63,192 nucleotides of DNA, filler included, from Olpidium bornovanus S191 (GCA_017911155.1; 29 parts of 29 records of this genome joined end to end with filler, not necessarily neighbours in it), one strand, 5' to 3'; shown: positions 24,111-37,759, counted from the first letter of the whole stretch. Made by a program: numbers and translations. Notes: generated from the sequence alone by a model not told the origin.

Positions 24111-24190
24111 TTTGCATCGTTTTGCTCCCTTTGCATCGCTTTGCTCCCTTTGCATCGTTTTGCTCCCTTTGCATCGTTTTGCCCTTTGCA
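24111..24190. repeat. 19-bp minisatellite TTTGCATCGYTTTGCTCCC, about 4 copies
   Basis: Units start at 24111, 24130, 24149 and 24168 (last unit shortened). Confidence 0.92.
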
Positions 24191-24560
24191 CTTTTTGCTC
24201 GTCTTGCAGTATTTTGCTCGCTTGCGCCCGTCGTTTACTTTTGCTTACCGGGGTCACGTGCGGCGACGCCGTCCACTTGCTCGAAGTGTTTTGGTTTCGC
24301 CACCCCTTATTTTTCCTGCCGAACGCAAAACCCTCGACGTCAAACGCAACGCAAAACCACCCAAACTCTACCATAGCTGATCCGTTCGCTTCAAAATAAA
24401 CAAAGCCGTCAGGCTTATTCGAGCGTCGTATTCCCCTTCGGTCCCGTTCGAGCAGAGGCGNNNNNNNNNNNNNNNNNNNNNNNNNNNNNNNNNNNNNNNN
24501 NNNNTTAATTAATTAANNNNNNNNNNNNNNNNNNNNNNNNNNNNNNNNNNNNNNNNNNNN

Positions 24561-24742
24561 CATGACCTTACTAACCAACCTCTTGAAGAAGGACACCCTG
24601 TTTACCTGGACGACGGACTGCCAGACCGGCTTCGACGCCATCAAAGCCAAGATCGCCTCGGTGCCGGTCCTGGAATTCTTCGACCCTGCCAAGGCAACAA
24701 CCCTGTACTTCAGCGCCTCCGCCTTCGCCATTGGCGGATGGA
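24561..24742 (+). mobile_element. Ty3/gypsy RT-RNase H connection remnant
   Basis: LTNLLKKDTLFTWTTDCQTGFDAIKAKIASVPVLEFFDPAKATTLYFSASAFAIGG matches the gypsy pattern LLKKxxxFxWxxxxxxAFxxLKxxLxSAPVLxxxDxxxxxxLxxDASxxAIG. The catalytic D of DAS is lost. Confidence 0.88.
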
Positions 24743-25294
24743 ACCGTTGCGGCTTCGGGTGGGAATGACGACAGAAAGGAGTCGCCGGCTGTCATCACGT
24801 CCGCCGGTCATTTTTTAATCTACGGGAACTACTGCCCCGCGTTGTAAATGGGGGGGGGGGGGGGGAAGGGGGAAGGACCGCGCGCTTTCCGGGTGGTAAC
24901 GTCGCCGCCCAAAACGGCGGGCCCGAAAAGAGACATGGAACAAGGACGCCTCGGGGGGTAAAATTTCAAAAAGCCCGGCGGTCGCCGGCGGCGGCGGTGG
25001 CGACGCCCCGGTTCCTCCCCGTTCCTCCTCCCCTCCCTTTCTCCCGTTTTGCTCGACCGTTCGGGGAAAATCCCCGGGAAAAAACCCCGCCAAAACGATC
25101 TGATCAACCGTGATCCCACCCGAAAAACGTTTTTTTCGAATCCCGAACAACCCCCCCCCCCCCCCTCTTCCCGGTCCGGTTACGCCCCGATCGCGCCCGT
25201 GTCCTCCGTTTTCCCCAATATTCGAGCCGAACCGGGAGAACTTCCCCTTTCGTTTTTGAGGGTTCGCCGACACCTCGGGGAAGGGGCGCCAATT

Positions 25295-26394
25295 ATGCGG
25301 CGCGCCACCTGGGCCCCGAGCGAATCCCGCCGAACGTCGGCGGCGTCCGCCGGCCGCTTTCTGGGCTCGGCGTTCGGGAGCGACGGCCGCCGCCCGAGGC
25401 CCCCGCCGCCCGCGGCCGTCGTCGTCGTCGCCGTCGTTGTCGCCGTCACGTCCGTCCTCGCGGGCCTCCCGCCGTCACGGGCGGCCGCTTCTCCCACCAA
25501 CCCGATGGGCTTCTTCCTCAGGTACTCCGTCGGGTGGCTCAACGCGCAAACCGGCCAATTCGGCGGGAACTTGACGATCTCGCGCCCGGCGGCGGCGGCG
25601 GCAACGGCGGAGGAGGGGTGGGCGGTGGTCGTGGCGTTTCCGAACAACAGCACCGCGGTGCAGACGTTCTCGGACCCGAGACAGTTCACGGTTGTGACAG
25701 ACCGAGCCGGGACCGTCTACGTCGTGAAGAACAACGAGACGGACGGCCCGGCGGCCGAGCGTCTCCGTTCCCGGGAAACCGCGCAGGGCGCCGTTCCGTT
25801 GTGCGTCTACTTGAACGTGAAAATTTCCGGTGAGATCGGGGGTGCGGGTGTGGGTCGGGGTGGGTGGCTGTGAATGATGGGAATGGTCGAGAGGGAAAAG
25901 AAAATCCGGGCCGGCCTTCCCCAACAAATTCTCACCCTTATTTTTTTTTTTTTTTTTTTTGGTTTTGTGGGGTTTAACACCACCCCACCCTGCCAGCCCG
26001 CCATTCCCGGCCGGTTGCGGGGGAGGAAAGCCCGGGCCCGGCGAACCGGGCGGACTTCGTCCCGTCCTCGTTCTTCCTCGCCCTTCCGTCCGAGAGCACC
26101 CTGGTTGCCCTCGTGGAAGGCCGGGACTTCGCCGTCGAGCCGCCGCCGCCGGCCGAGGGCCTCCCCCGCGCGCCGTTCGGCCCGTTCGCCGGCGAGGCGG
26201 CGGTGGACACCTCGGAGCCGGCGCCGGTCGCCGCCGACGTTCCCAGCCCGCGGGGCACCGACCTGGTGTACAAGGCCGGGCTGGCGTTGTACCTCGCTGT
26301 CGCGATAACGTCGGGGACGGCCTTTGGAATAGGACTCGCGGACAAAATGCGCGCGGCGAGGGACTTCAGAGGAAGCGGCGGCCGCGGAAAGTAA
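25295..26394 (+). CDS. Predicted membrane-anchored surface protein with a CBM2-like beta-sandwich ectodomain (exons 25295-25829, 25996-26394)
   Basis: N-terminal hydrophobic stretch AAVVVVAVVVAVTSVLAGL; LRYSVGW...FGGNLTI...GWAVVVAFP; N-glycosylation sequons (NLT, NNS, NET); Pro-rich linker; C-terminal TM LVYKAGLALYLAVAITSGTAFGIGL followed by a basic tail. The phase-1 intron splices in frame. Confidence 0.62.
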
Positions 26395-27626
26395 AAAAAG
26401 ACTACTTAAAAACGAAAAAAAAAATGCAAATAAAAAATGGAATTTCTGCCGTCCGGGAGAACGAGTTTGCCTTCTCAACGTGGAACTAGCTGAACTACGG
26501 ATAGAAAATGGAAAAGAAAACAAAAAAAAAANNNNNNNNNNNNNNNNNNNNNNNNNNNNNNNNNNNNNNNNNNNNTTAATTAATTAANNNNNNNNNNNNN
26601 NNNNNNNNNNNNNNNNNNNNNNNNNNNNNNNCCTTACTTGGGGGGGGGGGGGGGTTGTGGGGGTTTTTTTTTTTTTTTTTTTTTTTTGGTTTCTTTTCCT
26701 CGTTGCTCTTTCTCACTCTCCCTTCTCCGGCCGGGGCGGGGAACGGGGAGAGGGAGGGAGGGGGAAAGGGGGAAAGCGAGAGCGGGAGGGAGAGTAGAGG
26801 AAACGGGGGGAGGAGGAGGAGGAGGAGGAGGAGGAGGAGGAACGGGCCGGAACACACGCGGTGCCGAATAGATGCGGAAAAACACACGTACTGCGGCGCC
26901 TCGCGCCTGCCGCACGAGGAAAGAGTGCAAAAGGTCGAGAGCTGGGCGCCGAGGTCCTGGCGCTTTGACGAAGAAGCTGGCACGGATTCAACGGCCAGAA
27001 CTGTCCGTCTCGCATTCTGCCAGCCACCCAAGGAACACCGGAATCCAACCGGGTGTTGCTTTATTGGTTCATTCGCGTTATTTATTACGCGCGGTGCAAA
27101 GCTGGGAAAGCTCCGCGCAACACCACTCGCCCTTAAGTCTAACGAAAATTTTGAAAAAGCACACACAATCGTGATTCCGAAACAACACCAAAAAGAGGCG
27201 GGAAATTTTTGCTGGTTGCAAAGGAGTCGTTCAAAAAGAACACCAGGATTGTAAACATCTATCAGCCGACTGGTCGCAGGAGAGTACAGCAACCAAAGGT
27301 TCGGATCGGATCCGCGCATCTACATTAGAAGGATGTGGCCATCTGTGCCTATGTTGATCATCTAATGACAAAATGAACCGGTGGCGCGGACGCGGCCATT
27401 TGGAGAGGCGCAGCACTGCATTGTGGAAAGTATCGTTAATAGAAGGGTGCAAAATGAGAAGGGATTCGCGTTGTGAAAGCGGAAATTTTCCACGGATGGT
27501 TTTCCGTGTTTTTATTTTAGACAGCGAGATCGTACCACTACAACACGTCTCCTCGAACAAACAGCCAAATGAGCAATGGCGAACAAGAATCTACGTGAAA
27601 TGCGGATGGAAAGAAACAGGAAATTC

Positions 27627-27666
<40 letters not shown>

Positions 27667-28985
27667 CCCCCCCCCCAACAAAAAAAAAAAAAAATAAAAC
27701 AACCCCCNNNNNNNNNNNNNNNNNNNNNNNNNNNNNNNNNNNNNNNNNNNNTTAATTAATTAANNNNNNNNNNNNNNNNNNNNNNNNNNNNNNNNNNNNN
27801 NNNNNNNGCATGGAGGCCCCGCCTGCTACTGAGTATGTCGGAATAGCCGACAGGAGTGTCCAAGCTAGTTGGTCGCTCCCACTTTTGCGGTCGTTGACGC
27901 CGTGGAAACCCTCCTTTGTCGGGGCGTCTGTAGTTTTCCTGCTGGGGTCGCCGGTCTCGTGGGTCCTGGGCGACAAACTCCTTAATGGTTTGCTGACTTT
28001 TCTGGACGTGCTCCGTCAGCATCTCGACTTGATGACGGAAGGTTTGTATTTTCCCGTCGGCGTGCAGCCCGTGCGCTTCGTGCCTGGCTCTTTCCCTTCG
28101 GAGTAGGATCGAGTCGACGACCCTTCGGGGCTGCGTCCCCAGTCTGGTCATCCTGGTCGAGAATGAGTCCCTTGACTCGCTGCAGGCGGCCAATTGTGCC
28201 ATCCCGCGCGTCTCGTGTCACGGTATGCCCTTTTTCGCCCCCAGTGGCCGCATGGTGAGTCGACCTGTTGTCCTCGTTCTCGCCTACGGTGTTTTGCAGA
28301 GGGTCCCAGGCATCATGCATGTCACTGTCTTCCCCCTCCGTCCGGCACAGCGGTTGTGCTGAACTGCAAGTACGGGCAGATTGATTCCCTCCACGGTTCT
28401 ACGGGCGGACGAGAGAGAGACGGGTTGTCGTCTGCTTTGACGGGCAGTCCGCGGTTTGGGGCTCATGACCTGTTTGTATTGTATTCCGGAGCCAAGAAGT
28501 GTAGTGCCCACCCGGCGTTGTCACGGAGACGAGAAGAGACCGCAGCAAGAAGTTGGGTTTGTATTTGCGTCATTTACATTTAGCCTCTTTAATAATAAAA
28601 AAACCCCCGGCGTCCTGATAGCGATTCTACGGCCACCAAAGCGAAAAAAGGGGGTTGAGCCGCGGTATATCCTGTGGTACATAGTTAGTGTCGCTTCAGG
28701 TTAAAGGGGGGGGGGGGAAGGGGCGGGAAAGGCGCTCCCTCTTTGTTTCTCTGCACCCGCCGGCCTCTCCCATTAATAATTTCCCGCCCCGCCGCCTCCT
28801 GAAATCCCCTTCCCCCCCCCCCCTCTTCCCTTACCCCCCTTCCTCTCCTTGCCCCCTTCCCCGCATCCCTTTCCGCTATAATAATCCCGACCCCCCCACA
28901 CCCGCCCTTCCCCCGTCTCGTCCGTCCGAAACGATCCCCGCAGTCTCCGCGTCTTTCCTTTTCCGCCTTCCCGCCCGGCGTCCCG

Positions 28986-30444
28986 ATGAGAACGCCCGTC
29001 CCCGTTTCCGTCGTCCTCTGCTGCCTCTCCGCCGTTGCCGCCGCCGCCCCGGTTTTCAGCGGCCTCAACCCGCCCTCCGCCTCGCGCGGCGAGCTGGACG
29101 GCGCGCCGCCGCCCCTTCTCTCTGCCGTCTACGAGGAGCAAGGTGCGCCCTCCGCGGTCAGGGTCTTCCTCGTAGCGCGCCTTGAGACCAGAACAGCAAA
29201 AATCATTTATCCGCTTTTTTTGTTTCTTTTTTTGTATACTCGTCCATCGCTCGTTTTCGTGCCTCGCCAGGCGCCGAAGCTCAAGAGGACTTGGACGACG
29301 TTCGGCTTCAATATCACAATGCTGTCGTCGATTTTCTAGACTGGCTTGACGGTGAAACGACGCCGATGCTGCCCTATTGTGAGCAGAACGGAGTTAGAGG
29401 GGAGGGGACGTGGGGGTCTAGGCCAGGACGCGCGGAGACTTATCCGTTTCCTTGTTGCCTCCAGCGGAAGATGACAACGATATGAAACAGACCGCGGAAA
29501 ACGACCCCTACGGTTGGGCCGGTCCGCCAGTTGACGAATATCAGCGGGGTCCGCTGGAGGTTGTAAACACTCCTGTCAGCGGCAGCCCGGACGATCCGGG
29601 CGACCCCGACGGTTGGGCCGTTCCGCCAGTTGGCCAACGTCAGCGGGGTCCGCTGGCGGCTGAAAATCCCTTTGTCAGCGGCAGCCCGGGCGATCCGGAC
29701 GACCCCTACGGCTGGGCCGGTCCGCCAGTTGGCCAACGTCATTGGGATCCGACGGCGGTTAAAAACACCCCTGTTAGCGGCAGCCCGGACGATCCGGCGA
29801 AGAGGAAATACCACGAGGCGATGGGAAGCACCGTCGGCGGAAGCCCAGACGATTTAGCAATGTGGAAATGTTGCGAGACGATGGTAAGCACCGTACTAGC
29901 AGCCTGGACGATCCTGCAACGAGGAAAGGCGATTGGACGGCGGCGGAAATCGCCGTCGCTTGCGGCCCGTATGGTCCTGCAGCTGGCCTATGCCGGACGA
30001 GTTCGCTGCGGCCGTTGACGGGGAGCCTCGTCGGCGGCGGTTCGGATGGCACGGCTGGCTGGCCCGGCGAGGCGCCGCGGCTGACAGCACCCTACGATTA
30101 CGCTGACGACCAGCACCAAGCGGACATGCGCGCTCGAGCGGAGCCAGGCTGGCCTGCCAAAGATTTTCGCACGCTGGAGTCCGATTACGCCTATAGGGAT
30201 GCCCAAGCAGGGGTCAGTGGCTTTCGGTTGGCTCGAGACGAGCGGGCCGGGTACTCCGGCCTGCCGAGCGAAGCGTCCGCCGGCACCGATTCCGCCAATG
30301 CGGAGGCCCTTGCAGGAATTGGCGGCTTTCCATTAACACCAGATAATCGGTCCGGCTGGTCTCCCAACGGACTGATTATACTTTCCGATTCCGAGGACGA
30401 CGGATACCAGAGCAATCCACGTTCCGGCGGTACCGGAGGGAACC
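28986..30444 (+). CDS. Secreted repeat-containing protein (signal peptide plus 33-aa repeats) with an apparent frameshift near 29895; 3' truncated
   Basis: Signal peptide MRTPVPVSVVLCCLSAVAAA. Exons 28986-29142, 29271-29378 and 29465 onward splice in phase (phase 1/1). The repeat block is continued by ORF 29862-30444 in another frame. Confidence 0.66.
29503..29799 (+). repeat. 99-bp coding tandem repeat, 3 copies
   Basis: Units at 29503, 29602 and 29701 encode DPYGWAGPPVDEYQRGPLEVVNTPVSGSPDDPG, DPDGWAVPPVGQRQRGPLAAENPFVSGSPGDPD and DPYGWAGPPVGQRHWDPTAVKNTPVSGSPDDPA. Confidence 0.95.
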
Positions 30445-30544
30445 NNNNNNNNNNNNNNNNNNNNNNNNNNNNNNNNNNNNNNNNNNNNTTAATTAATTAA
30501 NNNNNNNNNNNNNNNNNNNNNNNNNNNNNNNNNNNNNNNNNNNN

Positions 30545-30712
30545 GCAATTCACAGCAATGAAGCGCAACAATGGCTTCAAGCAATGCAATTGGAAATTGA
30601 CACTCTGAATAGCTTCCCGGCGTGGGAACTAGTTACACAACCAAAGAATCAACAAGTTTTCCATGGGAAATGGGTCTTCAAGAGGAAACTAGGCCCCAGG
30701 CGGCGGTGGTAA
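30545..30712 (+). mobile_element. Ty1/copia RT N-terminal remnant
   Basis: Frame from the contig start reads AIHSNEAQQWLQAMQLEIDTLNSFPAWELVTQPKNQQVFHGKWVFKRKLG (copia WxxAMxxEIxSL...WELV...KWVFKxK). Not in the ORF track. Confidence 0.88.
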
Positions 30713-32021
30713 TCCGGTTGTTGTCAACCCTGTCTTCAACCAGCTCGAACTCTTGCGTCCCCGCTCCGACTCGGGCTTTCACCCGGCTTCGCCCCGCACG
30801 TACCTCCCACTCCCGGCGGCCATCGGCCGTGGTCCACCATCCTCTCCGTCGAGATCCTCGACGTCGTCTTTCGTATGCCCCGAAGCTCTTCCTCGTCATG
30901 GTCTTCTCGTCCTCCCCCTCTCTTTCCACCTCTCACCCTGGGGTAAATCCTCGGCGGACGCGCTTCGTGAGTCCCACGAGTGTGGGCGGCACGACGATCA
31001 ACAAGCTCGCACCAGTCCCTCCCCCCGAACAAGTTGCGCTCGTCGTCAATATCGTGGCGCAATTGGACGACGAAGCTAGGAACTTCTTCGCGGAGTCTCT
31101 GCTGGCAAAGTCACCGCGAAGAACGGCGGAGTGACATTCGAGCCGGTGAGCGTAACTCCTCTCGGCACATCAGCAGCCTCGGGCAGTGGACCTGGAGCTG
31201 ATGTACTCGGCGGCCGGCGGCGACCAAAAGCAGGATACGGGCGGCGGCGCGATCAAGGCTAGACAACGACGGCGGCAATCAAACGCGAGATGACGGCGGC
31301 GACGATCAGCGGATGACGGCAGCAGCAGCAATCAAAAGCGAACGACGGCGGCGGAGAGTCAAAATGCATGATGTCGGCGGCGGTCAGAGGAAATTCTTTG
31401 CTGTATTCTACTGGGGGTATTCACTGCGCGCCAGCTCGCCAACGTGCGTTCCCCCTTACCAGCTTTAACGGAGGCCAATTTGAGCGCACAACTTTGTTGG
31501 GCATTGGAGGCAGCAGTCCTTGCGGCTTCCTTTTGCTCTTGCTATCCCCAGTTGGCTTCCTGGTCAGTTGCGGGCGAGGGGGAAACCTGTTGCGGCTGTC
31601 CAAAGGGGTTCTTCGGTGTGGCACGGGAGCTGCGGTCGAAGCGCCGCGGCCAAGAACCAAACCTGAAAAAAACACGCTTGAAAACCCCAAATTCAATGGC
31701 CCCCGTCAGGGGCTGGCAGGTTGCCGTCTCTTCCGTGGGAAAACTAAGTTGCTCGGTTGACAGTTAACCATGGTTCTCGAAGGCGTCTACCGTTGGATAC
31801 GCTCTCTTCACAACGGCTTGCTCTACACTAAGTGCAGGATTTGGGACAAACACGGAAGGGCGTTCCGAAGCAGCGCACGTAAAAAGTAGGACTAGGCGGC
31901 ACACAAGGTGACATGTTGGTGACAGGCAATGTGTATATAAGGCGTCGACAAGGAAAAACAAAAAAAAAGAAAAACTTGGGCTATGATGATATGTGATTCC
32001 CAGACTTCTATTTTTCCTCGT

Positions 32022-33265
<1,244 letters not shown>

Positions 33266-33959
33266 TTCGCCCCCCGGGCGCCCCGACCCGCAGCAGCAGC
33301 ACCGCCCGGGACGGCGCGCGCCGGCGGGAGCGGGAAAACGGCGGACGGCAAACGACCGCGGCGCCAGGGCTACGCGTCGTTCCGGCCGCGCGCTCCTTCC
33401 CGCGCACGGCGTTTCTCCTCCCCCGCTTTGCCCATCCCGCTGCTGCTGCAGCGCAGCAGCCCCGCCTTCAGCCCCGCGCCCTCGAGCCCCTTCCCCCCCC
33501 CACCCCGCACGACCCCGCGCCCCACCTGCGGCGCGCGCGTTGTGGGATCTTTGCACGTGCCACACACGTGCCCGCAGCCGAAAAGGCAGGGAAGCGCCCG
33601 AGGGAGGCGGAGGGGACTTTACTGCGCGGCCGTCTCCCCATCCTTTCCGCTTTTGCTTTGTGAAGGCTGGCGCCCAACGTACCTGGGTGATGGTGCGCGT
33701 CCGGACTTCCGGGTGAGGGGTGACCGTCCCGAACGCTATCTACGTGACCTGCTGCGTCTCGGCGGGGGGCTTCACCACCTGCAATGAATTCGAACCGTTG
33801 GCTGCATTTGCAGCGGGGCAGACATTTCTGGTTCGCTGTGCGTCCTACACACCGATGTGGCGGCGACGGTCTCGACCACGGGCGGAAGGGTCTTGTCACG
33901 AAAACTGTTTCGTTACGCTTTCTGCGTCTCGGCAGGCAATAACGCAGTCTGTTTGTCGT

Positions 33960-34290
33960 GAAAAGTAAGCCGCGATGACGTCCATCAGGCGCATCTCGAG
34001 GCCATGAGCGACTGCCATGCCAATCAGGAGGCGGAACTACATCCAATCTATGGCCGGACTGTATGTCCGGTCAAAATTAATGCCGGGGCGCTGGGAGAAC
34101 CCCTGGGCCACCAACCATCTCTACAACATGTCACCCGTCCGTCGAGCGAATCGTAGCGGTTTCTGATCCATCGAAAATGCATGCTAATTTTGTTCAAGGA
34201 TAATGTCGTATCCCATATTTTTCTGGACGAACACGTGTACCTGCGCAGTGATGTCCCCCACGGTAAGTTCCACTCTGGACACACAGCTTT
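33960..34290 (-). pseudogene. Degenerate Ty1/copia RT remnant with an in-frame stop
   Basis: The minus strand reads WLVAQGFSQRPGINFDRTYSPAIDWM*FRLLIGMAVAHGLEMRLMDVIAAYF (copia RLVAQGFSQRPGIDYxETYSPV...MDVxTAYL). Not in the ORF track. Confidence 0.9.
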
Positions 34291-35172
34291 TAAGGGTACC
34301 GAGCCTGTAGCTGTCTGCACGCTCGACCCAGGTTGTGGGTCACGTGGCCACCCCGCCAATCCTGCTATCCGCGGATCAATGACTGTAATCTCGGACCCGG
34401 GGATCTATCAAGGCCCGAANNNNNNNNNNNNNNNNNNNNNNNNNNNNNNNNNNNNNNNNNNNNTTAATTAATTAANNNNNNNNNNNNNNNNNNNNNNNNN
34501 NNNNNNNNNNNNNNNNNNNCATGCCGAAGATGACAACGAGCCAAATCCCGAACTAGCCTTTGCCGGCTTTACTTCCGCGTTTTTGCTTTATTACTCAGCG
34601 CCCGTTTCCCGGCCATTTTACGGCGCTTTCTGCTAGCCGGCAACTGTTGGCGTCAAAATGTTGTGTGAGCTTTTTGGGGTTGACGGAGTCAATTTCTTCG
34701 TGACTACTTGGGCCGCCCCAAAATGATCTTCTGCCGAGCCAAGCAGATCGCGCGATACCTCTGGCCACAGATGTCTAATGACGTACTTTCTACAGACATA
34801 TCAAGGCTCGTTTTATCCAGATGTCTCAAAGAATAGACGTCTAATGACATCTTGGATTGCCATAATTAGATTTGTACGGGGGTTTCTCTATGCAAAGATG
34901 TCCCCTGTGGGGACGTACCCAAACATATCTAGGGATACCTCTTGATACAAACCTAGACCATCGAAGGGGGATCGGCTTTGTGTAGTGACCGGGGGAAGAG
35001 CGGTTCATTTCTTATGCCGGATCTTACGTGCGGCGTCTTGGCCAGCTCGGCCATTCCAGCGGACTCCCGCGGCTGTGCTGTTCCTTGTGGGCCCTCCTGT
35101 GCTCGCCCCTTTCGGCCTCCCCTTTCCGTCCGCGGTTCCCCGTCCAGCCACAAAATCCACGAGAACGCAAAC

Positions 35173-35182
35173 AAAAAAAAAA
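35173..35182 (-). terminator. RNA polymerase III oligo-T terminator of tRNA-Leu
   Basis: A run of 10 T follows the discriminator base directly on the minus strand. Confidence 0.85.
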
Positions 35183-35267
35183 TGCTGGAAGAGGGGTTCG
35201 AACCCTCGCATCATTTCTGATACCGCATCTTAAGTGCAGCGCCTTAGACCCACTCGGCCATTCCAGC
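35183..35267 (-). tRNA. tRNA-Leu(UAA): tRNA-Leu (anticodon TAA), intronless, long variable arm
   Basis: Acceptor stem GCTGGAA/TTCCAGC plus discriminator A; D-arm GCCGAGTGGGTCTAAGGC; anticodon arm CTGCA-CTTAAGA-TGCGG; T-arm GAGGG-TTCGAAC-CCCTC. Confidence 0.97.
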
Positions 35268-36646
35268 GTAAAATGTTTGCAAGCCTTTCGCGTTTTGCTA
35301 ACTTTAACCGCTTTCGTCGGCCCACCCCAACCCAGCGTTTTCTGGGTCCCCAACTCCCCCTACGTCTCCCTCCCCACGGCGGTCCCTCATGCGGTCCCTA
35401 ATGGCGGTCACTCATGGCGGTCACGCAAACTAAGGTAGCCGGGACGCCGAACAAAGTGGGGGCTTCCGCTGGCCTGCCGGGCGACGGCCTCCCCCCCGAC
35501 TCCCTCTCTCTTTCCCCTTTTTCCCACGAGAGTCCCCGATGGTTTTCGGCGCCTTTCGCTCGGCACCCCCGGCCGGGCTTCGCCGCGATCTCGGGCCCAG
35601 CCACCCTGGTTTATGCCCCCCTTCCCCCCCCCAGCAAGTAGATCTGTTGCCGACAAACAGCAACCTGCGGCTCCTCACGACCCAGCTTGTCGAGGAGGGC
35701 GTTGCTGCTGTTGGGCGTTTTGTGTTCTGCCGAGGCTAGTGGCCCCGTGGGTGCGGTCGGCTGAGGCGGGTTGGGGGGGGGAGGGGTTTGGGATGGAGGG
35801 GAGTGGGGGCCTGTAGGGTCACGCAGGGGTTCCAAAGCGAAACACCCTTTAAATCCCTAAACTCTACCCAGGGAGGAAAGACGGTCGGTGACCAGGTCCT
35901 TTTCGACGTGTCGGTTGGAATGACGGGACGAGGTGAAAATATGTAATTAAGATCAGCACCTCATCGTTTTACAGTGCAAGATGGATTCGAACGTGCCCAG
36001 TGCACAGGAAATATCCTTTGCCTAACTCGTGGCATCCCGTTACGAAACGTGCGAAAAGTAGACTTGAAACCCAGTAGGGAGATCGGGCTCTAACACAGCC
36101 GTGGCACAGAGCAGACTTGGGCGGCCCTGCCTCCAAATCATTATTTTAGGAAGATTTTTAGCGATTTTGCCGAACGCTATTTACCAATTGGGATAACCAG
36201 ACAATGTGGTAAGGGACCTAGCGGGGTAGGCATTCCCAAGTGCGGAGTTCGAAGTTAAACGAGATCCTGTAGAACTACCGGCCGCCGTCATTTCTTCTTG
36301 AGCAGCTTCAACTTCTCCGCGTGGATCTGCTCCGGCGTCATCCTCCCATGAGACGTGTAGACCCGCATAGTCGTCCGTTTCAAAGACACAGCCTTTTTCT
36401 TCTTGACCTCTCCCTTCGACCGCGCCCTGACGACATGCTTCGCAGGTCTCTTGCGGGTCTTTTCGTAGTGCCTGCCGCCCCACGGGCTCATTTCCACGCC
36501 CCGCGCGATCGTCTTGCGGAGCCCGCGCCCTCCTCCGTGCGGGTGGNNNNNNNNNNNNNNNNNNNNNNNNNNNNNNNNNNNNNNNNNNNNTTAATTAATT
36601 AANNNNNNNNNNNNNNNNNNNNNNNNNNNNNNNNNNNNNNNNNNNN

Positions 36647-37759
36647 AGAGCAAGGTACGGGATCTGAAATACAACCGCAATACAAAGGCAAGTATCTGCC
36701 CCATTTCTTTTACCTCGCAAATCTTACTGGTGCTTCGGATCTGCGGACCGGCCTGAGATTTCCACGCCCCCCCCTCCCCAATCTCCGCGGGCTTGCCTCC
36801 TCCTCGGACCCCACTAACCAATCTCCCTACCATTATTTCAGCAAATCATGTCGCTGTCGACGGACGGATGCGTGAAATTTTGGGATAGCACTCGGTTCAC
36901 GCCGGTGCGTCTCCCCCCCCCCCCACCCTTTCCGCCGCTTCGCCCGCGTCCACACAACGCTTCTCCCTTTTGCTGCCCCGCGGCGTATTCGCGCCGCACA
37001 CCCGTTTCGGCGGCCGCCGAGAAATCTGACGTTTTGCCAATTTCCCGCCGGCTCCCGGTTGCACCGACAGCTAGGCACCGTGTCCCTGTACCACACGAAC
37101 GAGACCGTCGCGATCGGAATGAACGAGAAACAAAATCTTTACTCCGTGGGCTCGCTGGAACACGTCTCCGTGGTCGACCCGCGGGTAGGCACTGCCGTGC
37201 ACGACTGGCCGACGGTTGACGAGAGCTGGGGTGAGAGTTTCCGGTTTTTTGCAAGTTTTTGTTTTGGGAACCTCGTACTCAAATATTCGAGCTCCCCGCC
37301 CTCCGAGGGGCGGTTAAGATTCCCCCTTTTGGCAGGGCCTTTTTTGACTTCCCTCTTGGTTCATGATTTTAGGCGTCCGGTCTCTAAGCTTTGACGAGCA
37401 TGTCGTCACCACCGGGGGCGGCATGGGTCGGATTTCGTTCTACGACCTGAGATCTATGAAACACGTGCTTCTTGCGGACGGAAACCCCTTCTTCCAGACA
37501 GGGCCCGGATGGCTGGTACGTACGAGGCTTTAAATCTTTAACGCCGGCTTGCGTCTTAACCACAACGGGGGCCGGGGAGGAGTAGGGGGGGGGGAGGGTG
37601 TTGGCCCTCGCGCCAGCGAGTGCCGGCGGTGACACAACGCCCCGGATCGGCCGCAGGATCACGATTCCACGTACACCGGCATGTTCCAAGGAGTCACCAT
37701 ATACAACGCCGTGTACACTCTTCTGTACGACGCAAGCGGAACGAAACTTTTTGCGGCAG
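36647..37759 (+). CDS. dcaf12: DCAF12 (WDR40A)-like WD40 CRL4 substrate receptor, internal exons (both ends truncated)
   Basis: Splices to KVRDLKYNRNTK-QIMSLSTDGCVKFWD...LYSVGSLEHVSVVDPR...GVRSLSFDEHVVTTGGGMGRISFYDLR...TGPGWL-DHD...NAVYTLLYDASGTKLFAAG. This parallels the DCAF12 motifs VGSxxHVSFxDPR, GIRSVSF...GxGxGxLxFYDIR, TGxGWL and NAVYTHCYDxSGTKLFVAGG. Confidence 0.9.
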
